A stretch of 64,000 nt of DNA from an uncultured Chlamydiae bacterium (GCA_963696295.1 CAVOJR010000001.1:1312001-1376000); one strand, 5' to 3'; counted from the stretch's first letter, positions 32,636 through 42,946 are shown. The notes: a model not told the origin generated them from the letters alone. Program-made: numbers and translations.

Positions 32636-32673
32636 GTGTTCATAAGATCTAAATTACCTTGTAAATTCTAAAA

Positions 32674-33759
32674 TTACCGCAAGAGGATTAGCTCAGAGAC
32701 GTAGAGCTTTTCATCGATAGCGTACAACGGCCGAAGGACACTTAATTCCCTTTCCAGACGACTCAAAGCTATTCCTTCGGGGCCTGAAGTCAGGTTTGCC
32801 ACTTGGAAAGACCTGTCCTGTTCCGCCTGGATAAATCTTTTACGCGCCATCGACAATTCATTTTTCGCCATAACTTCCTTTTTCTTGACTTCGTTCAAAT
32901 CGCCAACCAAATGGAATTCTAAAATATTTTTCCAGTCTTTTAATTTCTTATTTATTTCACTTTCTTGCAGTTGCAGGCATTGAGAATATTTTTCCCACTG
33001 CATAACATCAATCTCAATATTATTTTTCTCCTCCAGGATTTTATCTTCTTTGGCCTTCAATTGCGCCTTAAGGTCCTGAATTTGATTTTCTTTTTGCTGA
33101 ATGGCTTTGTCTAAGGCAGCCGGATTGGGTTTGTTGCAAAAGTCCATCACCTCCATTATACTGCGGAGCTCCTTGCGCGCTTCAACAGATTCGGATAGCT
33201 GATCTTCGGATAAGAATTTTTTCAGCTCCTCTTCGCTTGCTAAACCATCGCCCTCATTTTTGAACAACTCGCTCAGCTTATAGGTCTCCTTTCCATTGGC
33301 TTTTAAGATAGCTATGATACTCGCATTAAGTTCGTTTAATTTCCTCTTATTCTCTAACAGGTTTCCCTGCTGGCATTCTTTTATTCTCTCCCGCTTATCG
33401 CGAAGCTCATTTTTAAGCTTTTGCTCTTTTGTTTCGACATTATTCGCCTGCCGTTCAACCCTTGGCAGAAGGCCCGATAGAAGGCGCTTTAATTCCCCTT
33501 CCTTAAAAGAGGCGCTTTTGGGAAATATCCTATTTTTCAGGGCATCGACCGTTTCAGCTCCCGGCAGGAGAGGTTTAAGCTGTTTGACAATGCTCATTTT
33601 GTTGAGATAAAAGGTTTTTTGGTCGCACTCGACTTTGATCGCCTTGCCAAACGCGGCCATGATCTCACCAATGAATCCATCATATCTGGCCACTGAAATC
33701 GATTGGATCGTGTTGAGATTAATCGAATGTCTTGTTGAAAAAATATTGAAACTAACCAT
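32674..33759 (-). CDS. Coiled-coil hypothetical protein, candidate effector
   Basis: GGGAGAG RBS before MVSFNIFS, long heptad-rich regions, start overlaps the upstream stop. Confidence 0.75.
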   Translation of the reverse strand: MVSFNIFSTRHSINLNTIQSISVARYDGFIGEIMAAFGKAIKVECDQKTFYLNKMSIVKQLKPLLPGAETVDALKNRIFPKSASFKEGELKRLLSGLLPRVERQANNVETKEQKLKNELRDKRERIKECQQGNLLENKRKLNELNASIIAILKANGKETYKLSELFKNEGDGLASEEELKKFLSEDQLSESVEARKELRSIMEVMDFCNKPNPAALDKAIQQKENQIQDLKAQLKAKEDKILEEKNNIEIDVMQWEKYSQCLQLQESEINKKLKDWKNILEFHLVGDLNEVKKKEVMAKNELSMARKRFIQAEQDRSFQVANLTSGPEGIALSRLERELSVLRPLYAIDEKLYVSELILLR

Positions 33760-34774
33760 GACTCTCCCTAAACGTTTCTTCAATGGATTCAATTTCCAAT
33801 TTCCAAAAAGCGATTTTTTTGATTTTGCTTCTCATGTCTTTTAGATCTTCAACGTCTTTATCATGCTCATCAATTTGTGTGTATATTTCATCGTACTTAC
33901 GCTGTAATACTTCAATTTCATCCTTATATATCTCGATTAGTTCATTCTCTACCTTTTTACCATCCAGCTCCAGTCCAGCATCGAGTAATGCTTTGCGGTG
34001 TTTAGCGACATCAAAAGTATTTAGTTTCTCTTCTACCTTATCTAGCACCTGTTCAATAGGATCCTCATCTTGAGCGGAGACCATTACATAAAAATATGGT
34101 TTCTGGTGATCAAGCTCCCTTTCCAATTTAGAACATTCATTCTTTGCGTTTGCTAATGCGTCTTTGAGATCGTTGACTGGAGTGACCATCTCATTATGAC
34201 CGGCGGACTCGATTTTTTGGACGGCTGGAGCGGCTTTGGCTACCTCTTTCTCATTATGACCCGCGGACTCGGTTTTTTGGGCGCTCTCTGCTTTAACTTC
34301 TTTAACAGACTCAAATAAACTTACAATTTTCCTAATTATAGTACTTAGTGTCTGAGGCAAAGACCATTGACAAAAAGATTCATCAACAATACTTGATTCT
34401 TGCCTACTGTTCTCAGGAGTGTACGATTTCCAAAAATACCTGATTAAACCCTTAATTTCTTTATCTTCTAGCTTCTTCTTAAATTTTTGAGTCGCGCCGT
34501 CTGTTTTTAAAGCTTCAGTTAACTTTATTTCGGCTTTTCTTTTGCTCACAATATTGTTACAAATCCTAGTAGCATTAGCAGTCGTTTTGCTATCAACTGC
34601 TCCCAATTGAGCCCAAAGTTTACCAGCATATTTCAGTTCTTGTCCTTCCAACTGATCAATCGCTTCATCCAACTTCGCTCTCTCCTCATCAATTTTGTCG
34701 ATAGTATTTGGGAAATATACATTAATCTCTGATGAATGATTCAATTCAAAGTTACTAATCATAATCAACCTCAT
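33752..34774 (-). CDS. Coiled-coil hypothetical protein, paralog of 34881..35867
   Basis: AGKLWAQL...ANATRICNNIVSKR...EIKGLIRYFWKS block shared with its neighbour. Confidence 0.75.
   Translation of the reverse strand: MRLIMISNFELNHSSEINVYFPNTIDKIDEERAKLDEAIDQLEGQELKYAGKLWAQLGAVDSKTTANATRICNNIVSKRKAEIKLTEALKTDGATQKFKKKLEDKEIKGLIRYFWKSYTPENSRQESSIVDESFCQWSLPQTLSTIIRKIVSLFESVKEVKAESAQKTESAGHNEKEVAKAAPAVQKIESAGHNEMVTPVNDLKDALANAKNECSKLERELDHQKPYFYVMVSAQDEDPIEQVLDKVEEKLNTFDVAKHRKALLDAGLELDGKKVENELIEIYKDEIEVLQRKYDEIYTQIDEHDKDVEDLKDMRSKIKKIAFWKLEIESIEETFRESHG
34190..34280. repeat. Intragenic direct repeat, 60-bp period (QKTESAGHNE / QKIESAGHNE)
   Basis: 31-bp copies at 34190-34220 and 34250-34280 with 2 mismatches. 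Confidence 0.85.
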
Positions 34775-34880
34775 TTATTTCAGTTATACTGAACATTATA
34801 AAACGTTAATATTTTATTTTAATAAACAAATGATGCTATTGAGATTAATTTATTGTTAAACAGACTTTATAAAGATTTGA

Positions 34881-35867
34881 TTAACTCATGGCTGTATCGT
34901 TAAACTCTTCTGCCAAAGCTTTAACTTCTTTCCATAGCTTTTGTAATGTTCCCTCTTTTACAGCTAAATCTTTTTTTTCTTGTTCAAAATTTTCGTTTAA
35001 CTGCTGATATTTACTTATTTCTGTTTCGTTAAGGTCATCTTCTTCATTCAGCTGCTTGATAGATATAGTGATTTTTGATAATTGCCTTTGAACCTCTGCG
35101 AGCTCTTTATCAGTATGTTCACTAAACGATTTGGCATATACTTTATATTGCGTATCTGCTTCATTAGGATTTGGTTGAAAATGAGTCTTATCACTCTCAA
35201 GTTCGTCTCTTTTTTTCATCAAAGCTTGAATTTGAAGATTTAGATCGGATAAACGCTCCTTGATTTTCCCCTTTTTTTCAACTGCTTGATTATACAAAAC
35301 AACATTTAGGGGATCATATTTGGCTTGACTCTCTTTTATCGCTTTTACTTCAGCTTTTAATGCATTATATTCCTTCTCTTTTGCAGCATGCTCTTGAAGT
35401 ATGACTGTTGTTGATCGTTTAGGTGTGGGAGAGGAACTTTGGGAAGAAGGGAAATCCACTTCGCTATGACCAGAAACATTAGCTTCTTCCGGAGGATTAA
35501 AATTCTTAAGCTCAAAGGCCTTCTCAATTCTTTTCCATATTATATTTACAAGTTGAGACAAGCCGCACCATTTAATATCTCCTACATCAAGACCAGGCGA
35601 TTTCCAAAAATATCTGATTTCGCGTTGTATTTCTTTAGAATCCAGGGCATGATTTGACTTTAGAGCTTCATTTAATCTGGTTTCTACCTGTCTTTTACTC
35701 AGTATGTTTTCACAAATTCTGTTAGCATTAGCTTGAGTTTTGTTTGGTTCAGATATTTTTGCCCAAATTTTACCGGCGGTTTCTTTTTCTTTCGTTGTCA
35801 AGTTTTTATACGCATAAGTTGTAGCAACATTCCCAATCGAACTATCTGATGAAGAAATTAAACTCAT
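34881..35867 (-). CDS. Coiled-coil hypothetical protein with a Ser-rich N-terminus, candidate T3SS effector
   Basis: GGAGG RBS, MSLISSSDSS start, and AGKIWAKI...ANANRICENILSKR...EIQREIRYFWKS. Confidence 0.8.
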   Translation of the reverse strand: MSLISSSDSSIGNVATTYAYKNLTTKEKETAGKIWAKISEPNKTQANANRICENILSKRQVETRLNEALKSNHALDSKEIQREIRYFWKSPGLDVGDIKWCGLSQLVNIIWKRIEKAFELKNFNPPEEANVSGHSEVDFPSSQSSSPTPKRSTTVILQEHAAKEKEYNALKAEVKAIKESQAKYDPLNVVLYNQAVEKKGKIKERLSDLNLQIQALMKKRDELESDKTHFQPNPNEADTQYKVYAKSFSEHTDKELAEVQRQLSKITISIKQLNEEDDLNETEISKYQQLNENFEQEKKDLAVKEGTLQKLWKEVKALAEEFNDTAMS

Positions 35868-35940
35868 AAAACCTCCATTTTACATTATAAAACAAACATG
35901 ATTATGTTTTGTTCTGTAAATGGGTTAATTTATGATTAAT

Positions 35941-38900
35941 TTAGGGTTTGTGGTATTTGGATTTGATTTCGCGCCACTTCTTGACGATCTGGGCGGCGAT
36001 GGGAGCGGTGTCCTTGCCCCACTCGCCGTAGCGCATGTAAACGACGACGACGAGCTCGGGCCGGCCAAAGGAATCCTTGGCGGTGAGGACGCTCTTCTCC
36101 CCTTCTTGGCTGACTTCGAAGGAGATGCCCCCAAACCAGATGTGGTTGAACTTGTGGGAGCCTAATTTAGGGTCGAGGTTCACCCGCTCCACGGTCTCGG
36201 AGGTACTGCTTTTGCCAACGAGCTGCCCTTTGAGCTCGACAAAATCGCGCACCCATTGGGGCTGCTCGCGGTACAAGTGGCTTAAGCTGCTTAAGTTGCT
36301 ATGCACCCGGTAAATGAAGCGCTGCATCCCTTCGAGCAATATCTGCCTGACGATTTCAGGCAAAAAGACCTCGCGCCTCACTTCAATCGGCGTCTGCTTC
36401 ACCAAATGAGTGTTGTTTTTGCCGAGGCCCTCGGTGAAAAGGGGGAAATCGATGCCGAGCAGAGCCAGGCTGTCCTGGTAGGGAAAGTGGCGCTCGATCT
36501 GGTTATTCCTTAGCTCTGCGCCGGCAGTCACGCTGACGATCATGGGCCGTAAGATTTTGCCGCCGTTTGCCAGGGCGGAGAGCATCACGGCGGTCTGCAG
36601 GGGAGTGGAAACCAGGGTGTGCTGCCCGATAGCAAAAGAGTATAGGCCGGTCTTATTCGTCTTGAGATCTTTTGGCAGCCCCCCTTTTATCTCTGAGGGT
36701 AAGTCCAGGCCGGTTCTCTCGCCATAGGAGAACTCTCGCGCGGCTTTGGCTATATTTTCGGGGTCTTTTAATATATCGCCGGCAATCAGGGCAAAGTAGG
36801 GGTTGCTGGAGTACTCCAAAGCGCTCACGATGTTGATGTGGCCGATGTCGCGGATGGCGCTTTTTGGGATCCGGCCCCCTTTATAGAGCTGGTGGATCGG
36901 CTTGCCGTCCTGCGCGTATCCTATAATACGGTGGCGCCCTCTTTGCTTAAAGGTGTCGGTGATCTCTAAGGGATTTAAGCTCTCCTCAGAGATGGGCTCC
37001 TGGTTGACCGAGAGATCCTGATATCGCTCAATGAGCGCCTGGTAAGCGACCACCAGCTTGAAAATCGACCCTTGGTGCGCGGCTTGCCGGTAGGCGTACG
37101 AGCGGCCGTAGCCAAAACCGTAGCGGGGGTAAAAGGCTGCCGCCAGATCTTTTTCGAGGGACTCCTGACCCGATCTTCTTAAATAGGGGTATTTGCCCAA
37201 AAGGGGGCGGGTCAGCTCCTGGTAGCTCCGCAGGCTCTTTAAATAGGAAACGGCCTCCTTTTTGGGGAGCGCCGAGACTAATGCGTCGTAAGCCGAGCGC
37301 CATTCCACGGCGGAGTGCGCCCCTAACATCAACTCCTTTTGCCAGGTTAAAAAATATTCTTCGTAGGGGCTTTCTTGAGTGGAGATTCCCAGGAGAAAGG
37401 CCAAAGCGAAGGACCAGCGCCTCTCTTGCCAAAACCTATCGAAAAACTCGGCTTCTTTCCGGTCGAGGTATTCAATATAGGGCCTGGCGTAGCGGTTTTG
37501 CGCTTTCTCTTCCAGCCGCTTCTGCTTCAAATATTCTTTAGCTTCCTTTTCGCGCCAAACGGCGAAGTCGATCTCGTGATAGAGGGTTTTGGCCATCTGG
37601 CGCATCTCCTCCTGCACCCTCACCCAGGCGGCGCACACATTGCGGTACTGCTCCAATGTCTGCTCGCCTGCCTCCTCAATCAGCTCCTCATCAAAGCGCT
37701 CTTCGGAAATGATCAGGCGGCAAAGATCGATAAACAGGAATTTATATTCATTGCTCATATCGAGGAGGAAGGGGTCGATTTTCTGACGCGCCTCTGACAC
37801 ATACTTTTCATGCGGCTCCAAATTACAGCGCATCGCCTCAATAATTTCCGTCGGGGGCTCATCTTGTGGGTAAAGAAGGCTGAACAAGGCGTTGAGATCG
37901 TTATTGCCGCTTAATATGAGAAGCTTATCAATCGCTCTTTGCAAAAGTATGCCATTTTTCACATTATCCAGCCGGTTCAGCGCGGCGATAATCTCGTGCG
38001 TTTCGCCAAACGCGTTCCGCTCGGGGAGGATCAATTTCAAGTAGTTTGACCAGGTCAGCCACATCTGCTCCTCATAAAAACTATTTTTGACCGGGTCGAA
38101 CATCTCCCTTTCAAGGGGCCGCTTTTGATTCCAGAGGTCGGCGATATACGACTCGCTTTCAAACCAGCGCAAAATATTGGCCGATTTCTCCTTTTGGACT
38201 TCCTTGTTGCCCGACACGACAAAATCGTTCGCATCGATGCGGGGATAGGAAGCCATCGCCAAAAGCTCCCCGCTATTGGGGTCCATCGCCACAATCGCCC
38301 CCCCTTTGATCCACGGCTCGCGCAGGGCTATCAGATCCTGTTTGGCTATGGTCATTCCAGAGATGCGGGCTTTGCGCAAACCCTCGTTTTCCATCAGCAG
38401 CTGCTCGGCATATTGCTGCAGCTCCGCCGAGATCGTGAGCAGTATCCTCTGGCCGGAGTTAGGCTCCTTGGAGCCGGGCAGCTCGCGCAGGAAATTGCCT
38501 CTTGCGTCGGAGTAGTAGCTCCGCTTGCCGTGGAAACCTCTGAGCTGCTCCTCAAAGCGCCCCTCCACGCCCGCCTTTCCCACGTAATCATTGATCGTAT
38601 AGGCGCGCTCTTCGAGCTCCTTCAGCCGCTTCATCACTTGGGAAACTTGATCAAATCCTTGGGGAAACGGGGGATTCTCTCCCTGCTCCCGCAAAGCTAA
38701 GAATTCTTTTAATTCCCCGATTTTGTGAAAAATCGTCTCATACTCCTCACGGTTGATCGCCCCCATATAACCGATTATGTCAGCAGCCAGCCGCCCCTGA
38801 GGATAGAGCCGCTTCGGCACCCTCTGCACATGGATCCCCTGCCACTCCCTTTCGAGCATTTTGAGCCGGTAGTACTGTTCCTCGCTGATATCTTCTTTCA

Positions 38901-39342
38901 AAACGAAAGGGGTCTGGTTGTAAAGGGATGCTTTGGAGTAGATCAAATCCTCAATTCTTTGCGCCTCAATCTGTAATTCTTTGGACAATAGCTCCGAAAG
39001 CGCTTTGATATGCTCCTTGCGCTTATAAATTTTAACTTTACTTCCCCCCTCCCCTTTTTGCCACGCGACGGCGGGAATGTTGCGGATAGGGGCGTATAAA
39101 ACGGCGGCGTTGTACTGCACCTTGTTGATGGCAAGGGGAATATTGAATCGGTCCCGGATCGTTCCGCGCTTGGCCTGGCTGACGACAGTGCGGTTTTTCG
39201 GTTTTCTGGCCTCCTCGATCCGCTCCTCGTGCTGCACAACCGAAAGATGCCAGGCGCGCAGCAGGATGAGTATCATCCCCGCTAAAATGAGGTTGAGCAC
39301 CCGGTTTGCTTTCTGTGGAATGTCTTCGGTTCCATTTGTCAT
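35941..39342 (-). CDS. mrdA: Penicillin-binding protein 2, extended chlamydial form
   Basis: RGTIRDR, GAIVAMDPNSGELLAMAS, SxxK (GSIFK), SxN (YSSN) and KS/TG-like GKSST. 1133 aa. Confidence 0.88.
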   Translation of the reverse strand: MTNGTEDIPQKANRVLNLILAGMILILLRAWHLSVVQHEERIEEARKPKNRTVVSQAKRGTIRDRFNIPLAINKVQYNAAVLYAPIRNIPAVAWQKGEGGSKVKIYKRKEHIKALSELLSKELQIEAQRIEDLIYSKASLYNQTPFVLKEDISEEQYYRLKMLEREWQGIHVQRVPKRLYPQGRLAADIIGYMGAINREEYETIFHKIGELKEFLALREQGENPPFPQGFDQVSQVMKRLKELEERAYTINDYVGKAGVEGRFEEQLRGFHGKRSYYSDARGNFLRELPGSKEPNSGQRILLTISAELQQYAEQLLMENEGLRKARISGMTIAKQDLIALREPWIKGGAIVAMDPNSGELLAMASYPRIDANDFVVSGNKEVQKEKSANILRWFESESYIADLWNQKRPLEREMFDPVKNSFYEEQMWLTWSNYLKLILPERNAFGETHEIIAALNRLDNVKNGILLQRAIDKLLILSGNNDLNALFSLLYPQDEPPTEIIEAMRCNLEPHEKYVSEARQKIDPFLLDMSNEYKFLFIDLCRLIISEERFDEELIEEAGEQTLEQYRNVCAAWVRVQEEMRQMAKTLYHEIDFAVWREKEAKEYLKQKRLEEKAQNRYARPYIEYLDRKEAEFFDRFWQERRWSFALAFLLGISTQESPYEEYFLTWQKELMLGAHSAVEWRSAYDALVSALPKKEAVSYLKSLRSYQELTRPLLGKYPYLRRSGQESLEKDLAAAFYPRYGFGYGRSYAYRQAAHQGSIFKLVVAYQALIERYQDLSVNQEPISEESLNPLEITDTFKQRGRHRIIGYAQDGKPIHQLYKGGRIPKSAIRDIGHINIVSALEYSSNPYFALIAGDILKDPENIAKAAREFSYGERTGLDLPSEIKGGLPKDLKTNKTGLYSFAIGQHTLVSTPLQTAVMLSALANGGKILRPMIVSVTAGAELRNNQIERHFPYQDSLALLGIDFPLFTEGLGKNNTHLVKQTPIEVRREVFLPEIVRQILLEGMQRFIYRVHSNLSSLSHLYREQPQWVRDFVELKGQLVGKSSTSETVERVNLDPKLGSHKFNHIWFGGISFEVSQEGEKSVLTAKDSFGRPELVVVVYMRYGEWGKDTAPIAAQIVKKWREIKSKYHKP

Positions 39343-39400
39343 GCCGCCATTATCGCGAATTTTTATAATCTACTCACCAAAAAATTTGATAAATCAGCCC

Positions 39401-39430
39401 TTGCTAAAAAAATAGGTGCCCAAGCATAAT
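39401..39430 (+). promoter_or_regulatory. Putative promoter for tRNA-Gly/rpsB
   Basis: TTGCTA-18 bp-CATAAT, 13 bp upstream of the tRNA. Confidence 0.5.
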
Positions 39431-39443
39431 GTTTTTCACCTGC

Positions 39444-39514
39444 GCGCCTGTAGTTCAATGGTAGAACAGTAGCCTTCCAAGCTACTAGTGTCAGTTCGAT
39501 TCTGACCAGGCGCT
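39444..39514 (+). tRNA. tRNA-Gly (TCC)
   Basis: Acceptor GCGCCTG/CAGGCGC, anticodon stem GTAGC/GCTAC around TCC, T loop TTCGATT. Confidence 0.95.
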
Positions 39515-39606
39515 TCACATGTAATACAATGCATTATTAACATTAACCAAGACCGAAATCTTGCCTATTTAGGCAAGATGCCGTCGTCAACATAAAGGGA
39601 CAAGGC

Positions 39607-40387
39607 TTGGCTACAGCAAGTTACAATTAAAGAATTATTAGAAGCCGGCGCTCATTTTGGCCACCAAACACGTCGTTGGAACCCGAAAATGAAACGTTTC
39701 ATTTTTGAAGAGCGCAATGGAATTTACATCATCGACCTCGCAAAAACATTGCAGCAAATCCGCAATGCTGTCGAAGTCGTTAAAGAAATTGTCTCCAAAC
39801 ACAAATCATCCTGTTTGTCGGAACAAAAAAACAAGCGAAAGTCGTCGTCCGCGAACTCGCTGAAGAGTGCGGCGAATTTTATGTCTGCGAACGCTGGCTC
39901 GGCGGAATGCTGACCAACCTGACCACTATCCGCAATCCATCAAAAAACTCGAGCGCATTGAAAAACGAATCGCCACCGGCGGCGAAGGGTTAACGAAGAA
40001 AGAGCTCTCCCTGCTGACAAAAGAACAGATCAAACTGGACAAAAACCTCTCCGGTGTCCGCGCCATGCGCAAACCTCCAGGCTTGTCATCGTCGTCGATC
40101 CAAGCAAAGAGCATATTGCTGTCGCAGAAGCCAACAAACTCGGCATTCCTGTCATGGGACTGGTCGACACCAACTGCGATCCAGATCCTATTCAATACGT
40201 CATCGCTTGCAACGACGATGCTTTAAAGAGCATCAAACTGATTCTGCAAGCCTTGGCACAAGCGATCATCGACAAGAAAAACGATCTCACTATCTCCTAC
40301 CAGAAAGAGGGAGATAAACCTGAAGAAGACATTGAAGTGTTGAAAAAAGCGTTTAAAGAAGTTGACGTTTCAGAAGAAGAAGTCTAA
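39607..40387 (+). CDS. rpsB: 30S ribosomal protein S2; about 4 frameshifts as sequenced (probable consensus errors)
   Basis: [47 protein letters not shown] and NDDA lie in different frames. Located upstream of tsf. Confidence 0.93.
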
Positions 40388-40405
40388 AGAAAAGGATTAA
40401 TAATT

Positions 40406-41260
40406 ATGTCGACACCAATTACAGCCGATTTGATTAAAGAACTGCGAGACCGAACCGGCATCGGAATGGGTAAATGCAAAGAAGCCCTTGAAGAAGCCAA
40501 AGGCGATATCGAAGTCGCAATCGCCAATCTGCGAAAAGCCGGCATGGCATCTGCGGTTAAAAAAGAAGGCCGGGAAACCAATGAAGGGATGATCGGCAGC
40601 GGAGAGAGCAAAACTCACTTCGCCATTGTCGAAGTCAATGCAGAAACGGATTTCGTCGTTAAAAACGACCGTTTCCAAAAATTCCTGAATGATATCATCG
40701 AGGAAATAGCCAAAACCCACCCCGCCTCAGTTGAAGCTTTCTTGACACAGAACTATTCGAAAGAGCCCGGATTGACGATCGACCAATACCGCGCGACTAT
40801 CGTTCAGGCTATCGGAGAAAACATCCAGATCAGCCGATTAAAGACATTTGAAAAAAATGCCAATCGCTCCATCGGAATTTATTCCCACATGAACGGGAAA
40901 ATTGTGACAGCAGTCGTCATTGAAGGCTCTCCTAACGAAACCGAGCTTGCCAAAGAGATTGCCATGCACACTGCAGCCGCAGCTCCGGACTATTTGAATC
41001 CGGAAAGCGTACCAAGCGAAGTCATCGAACAGGAAAAAGAGATCGCCAGGAGCCAAATGAAAGGCAAGCCGGAAAACATGATCGAGAAGATCGTCGACGG
41101 CAAGGTAAACTCCTACTTCGATGCAGCCTGCTTAACACGCCAGAAATTCATTAAAGATGATAGCAAAACTATCACCGGATTACTGGAAGAGCACTCCAAA
41201 AAAAGCGGTAAACCATTAAAAATTGTCACATTCATCCGATGGGGTGTTGGACAAGCCTAA
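40406..41260 (+). CDS. tsf: Elongation factor Ts
   Basis: IKELRDRTGIGMGKCKEAL and EVNAETDFV. Confidence 0.97.
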   Translation: MSTPITADLIKELRDRTGIGMGKCKEALEEAKGDIEVAIANLRKAGMASAVKKEGRETNEGMIGSGESKTHFAIVEVNAETDFVVKNDRFQKFLNDIIEEIAKTHPASVEAFLTQNYSKEPGLTIDQYRATIVQAIGENIQISRLKTFEKNANRSIGIYSHMNGKIVTAVVIEGSPNETELAKEIAMHTAAAAPDYLNPESVPSEVIEQEKEIARSQMKGKPENMIEKIVDGKVNSYFDAACLTRQKFIKDDSKTITGLLEEHSKKSGKPLKIVTFIRWGVGQA

Positions 41261-41269
41261 AGGCATGCC

Positions 41270-41980
41270 GTGAAGCGCGTTCTATTGAAACTCTCAGGGG
41301 AGGCTTTGAAAGGAAAAGAGAATTTCGGCATCGATCAAGATGCCGCGCTACTCCTTGCAAAGTCGATAGAACGCGCTAAATCTACTCATCTCGAAATAGC
41401 CATCGTCATCGGCGGCGGCAACATTTTTCGCGGAATCCACTTAGAAAAACTAGGCCTTGAGCGCACCCCGGCAGATCATATGGGAATGCTCGCTACTTTA
41501 ATCAATGGGATTGCTCTGCAGCAAGCCTTAACCAAACTCGGCATTCCAGCTAAAGTCATGACCGCCCTGGAATGTCCGAAAGTAGCCGAAGCCTATAACT
41601 GGTATAAAGCAGATCAGTTATTAAGCTCGGGCGAAGTGGTGATTTTTGTCGGAGGCACAGGCAACCCCTATTTTACAACCGATACCGCCGCCGCCTTAAG
41701 AGCGAGTGAAATTGGCGCCGACATGCTCTTTAAAGCAACCAAAGTTCCGGGCGTTTTTGACAAAGATCCCAAGAAATTTGCCGATGCCAAAAAATATGAC
41801 AAGATCACCTATGCGCAATTTCTTGCAGAAAAATTGGAAGTCATGGATGCTACTGCTGTTTCGCTCTGCATGAGCAATCATATTCCTATTTTCGTTTTTG
41901 ATATGCAGCAGCTCGAAACCAGAAATTTAAATGAAATCATCTCCCAAAAACAGTCGGGAACCTTTATCAAGGATCTTTAA
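41270..41980 (+). CDS. pyrH: UMP kinase
   Basis: [19 protein letters not shown] and GNPYFTTD. Confidence 0.97.
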   Translation: MKRVLLKLSGEALKGKENFGIDQDAALLLAKSIERAKSTHLEIAIVIGGGNIFRGIHLEKLGLERTPADHMGMLATLINGIALQQALTKLGIPAKVMTALECPKVAEAYNWYKADQLLSSGEVVIFVGGTGNPYFTTDTAAALRASEIGADMLFKATKVPGVFDKDPKKFADAKKYDKITYAQFLAEKLEVMDATAVSLCMSNHIPIFVFDMQQLETRNLNEIISQKQSGTFIKDL

Positions 41981-41994
41981 AAAAAGAGGGAATC

Positions 41995-42537
41995 ATGAAC
42001 GATATTGTAAAACACACTAAAGGGAAAATGGAAGACGCCCTTAACCACTTGAAAGAAGAGTTGAAAAATATTCGCACGGGAAGAGCCAACCCGGGCATGC
42101 TCGACAGCGTTCTGGTGGAAGTTTACGGCGCCCCGATGCGCGTCCGGGATATCGCCACAGTCACTACCCCGGAAGCAAGACAGCTTCTCATCACACCCTT
42201 CGACCCTCATAATGTCCATGCGATTTCTAAAGCTATTGAACGGGCGAATCTCAATGTGATGCCTATGGTTGACGGTCATGTCGTCCGCATCAAAATACCT
42301 CCTATGGACGATGCTGTGCGGAAAGATATGGCTAAAATGTGCGGAAGACGCAAAGAGGATGCCAAAATCAGCATTCGCAATATCAGACGGGATGCCAATG
42401 AAGCCGCTAAAAAGAGCAACTTTCCCGAAGATCAAGTAAAAAAAATGGAAAAAGAGATTCAGGAACTCACTGATAAGTATTGCAAAAGCGCTGATGATCT
42501 GGCCCATGAAAAAGAAAAAGAGGTTCTCACAATTTAG
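41995..42537 (+). CDS. frr: Ribosome recycling factor
   Basis: [13 protein letters not shown] and IRNIRRDAN. Confidence 0.97.
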   Translation: MNDIVKHTKGKMEDALNHLKEELKNIRTGRANPGMLDSVLVEVYGAPMRVRDIATVTTPEARQLLITPFDPHNVHAISKAIERANLNVMPMVDGHVVRIKIPPMDDAVRKDMAKMCGRRKEDAKISIRNIRRDANEAAKKSNFPEDQVKKMEKEIQELTDKYCKSADDLAHEKEKEVLTI

Positions 42538-42539
42538 GC

Positions 42540-42568
42540 TTGCAAAGAATTGCCTGAAAGGGTAAGAT
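42540..42568 (+). promoter_or_regulatory. Putative promoter for tRNA-Glu/tRNA-Lys
   Basis: TTGCAA-17 bp-TAAGAT. Confidence 0.5.
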
Positions 42569-42622
42569 TTAGCATCAATCAGTTGATGAAACTGCTTGTA
42601 AGGCTCGGTAACGAGTCGCTTA

Positions 42623-42697
42623 GGCCCCATCGTCTAGCCCGGCCTAGGACATCGGATTTTCATTCCGGTAACAGGGGTTCGAATCCCCTTGGGGTCA
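42623..42697 (+). tRNA. tRNA-Glu (TTC)
   Basis: Acceptor GGCCCCA/TGGGGTC, anticodon TTC, T arm AGGGG-TTCGAAT-CCCCT. Confidence 0.95.
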
Positions 42698-42702
42698 ACA
42701 AT

Positions 42703-42775
42703 GAGTCTTTAGCTCAGTTGGTAGAGCACATCACTTTTAATGATGGGGTCGATGGTTCAAGTCCATCAAGACTCA
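42703..42775 (+). tRNA. tRNA-Lys (TTT)
   Basis: Acceptor GAGTCTT/AAGACTC, anticodon stem CATCA/TGATG around TTT. Confidence 0.95.
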
Positions 42776-42946
42776 TTTCTTTTTTTTCACGACTTCTTTA
42801 CTTAAATTTCTTCCATTACATATAGTGAAACAGAGGGTCTGGTTCACTTATCCAGGCAGGATTTCGGCCTAGCAGCTAGCGGCTGTTGCGGAGCGGCCGG
42901 AACTGACCGAAGATTTGAACAAGGCCAAGATTAGGAATTGGTATTT

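Noticed and set aside
35941..39342. PBP2 of 1133 aa with a large insert
   Set aside because: An enlarged PBP2 is typical of chlamydiae, and I saw no intein motifs.
39607..40387. Programmed frameshifting or true pseudogenisation of rpsB (and rpoD)
   Set aside because: Too many shifts, no consistent slippery sites, and no substitution decay in essential genes. An artefact is more likely.
41977..42825. ORFs 41977..42630(-) and 42550..42825(+)
   Set aside because: Antisense to frr and overlapping tRNA-Glu/tRNA-Lys, so spurious.
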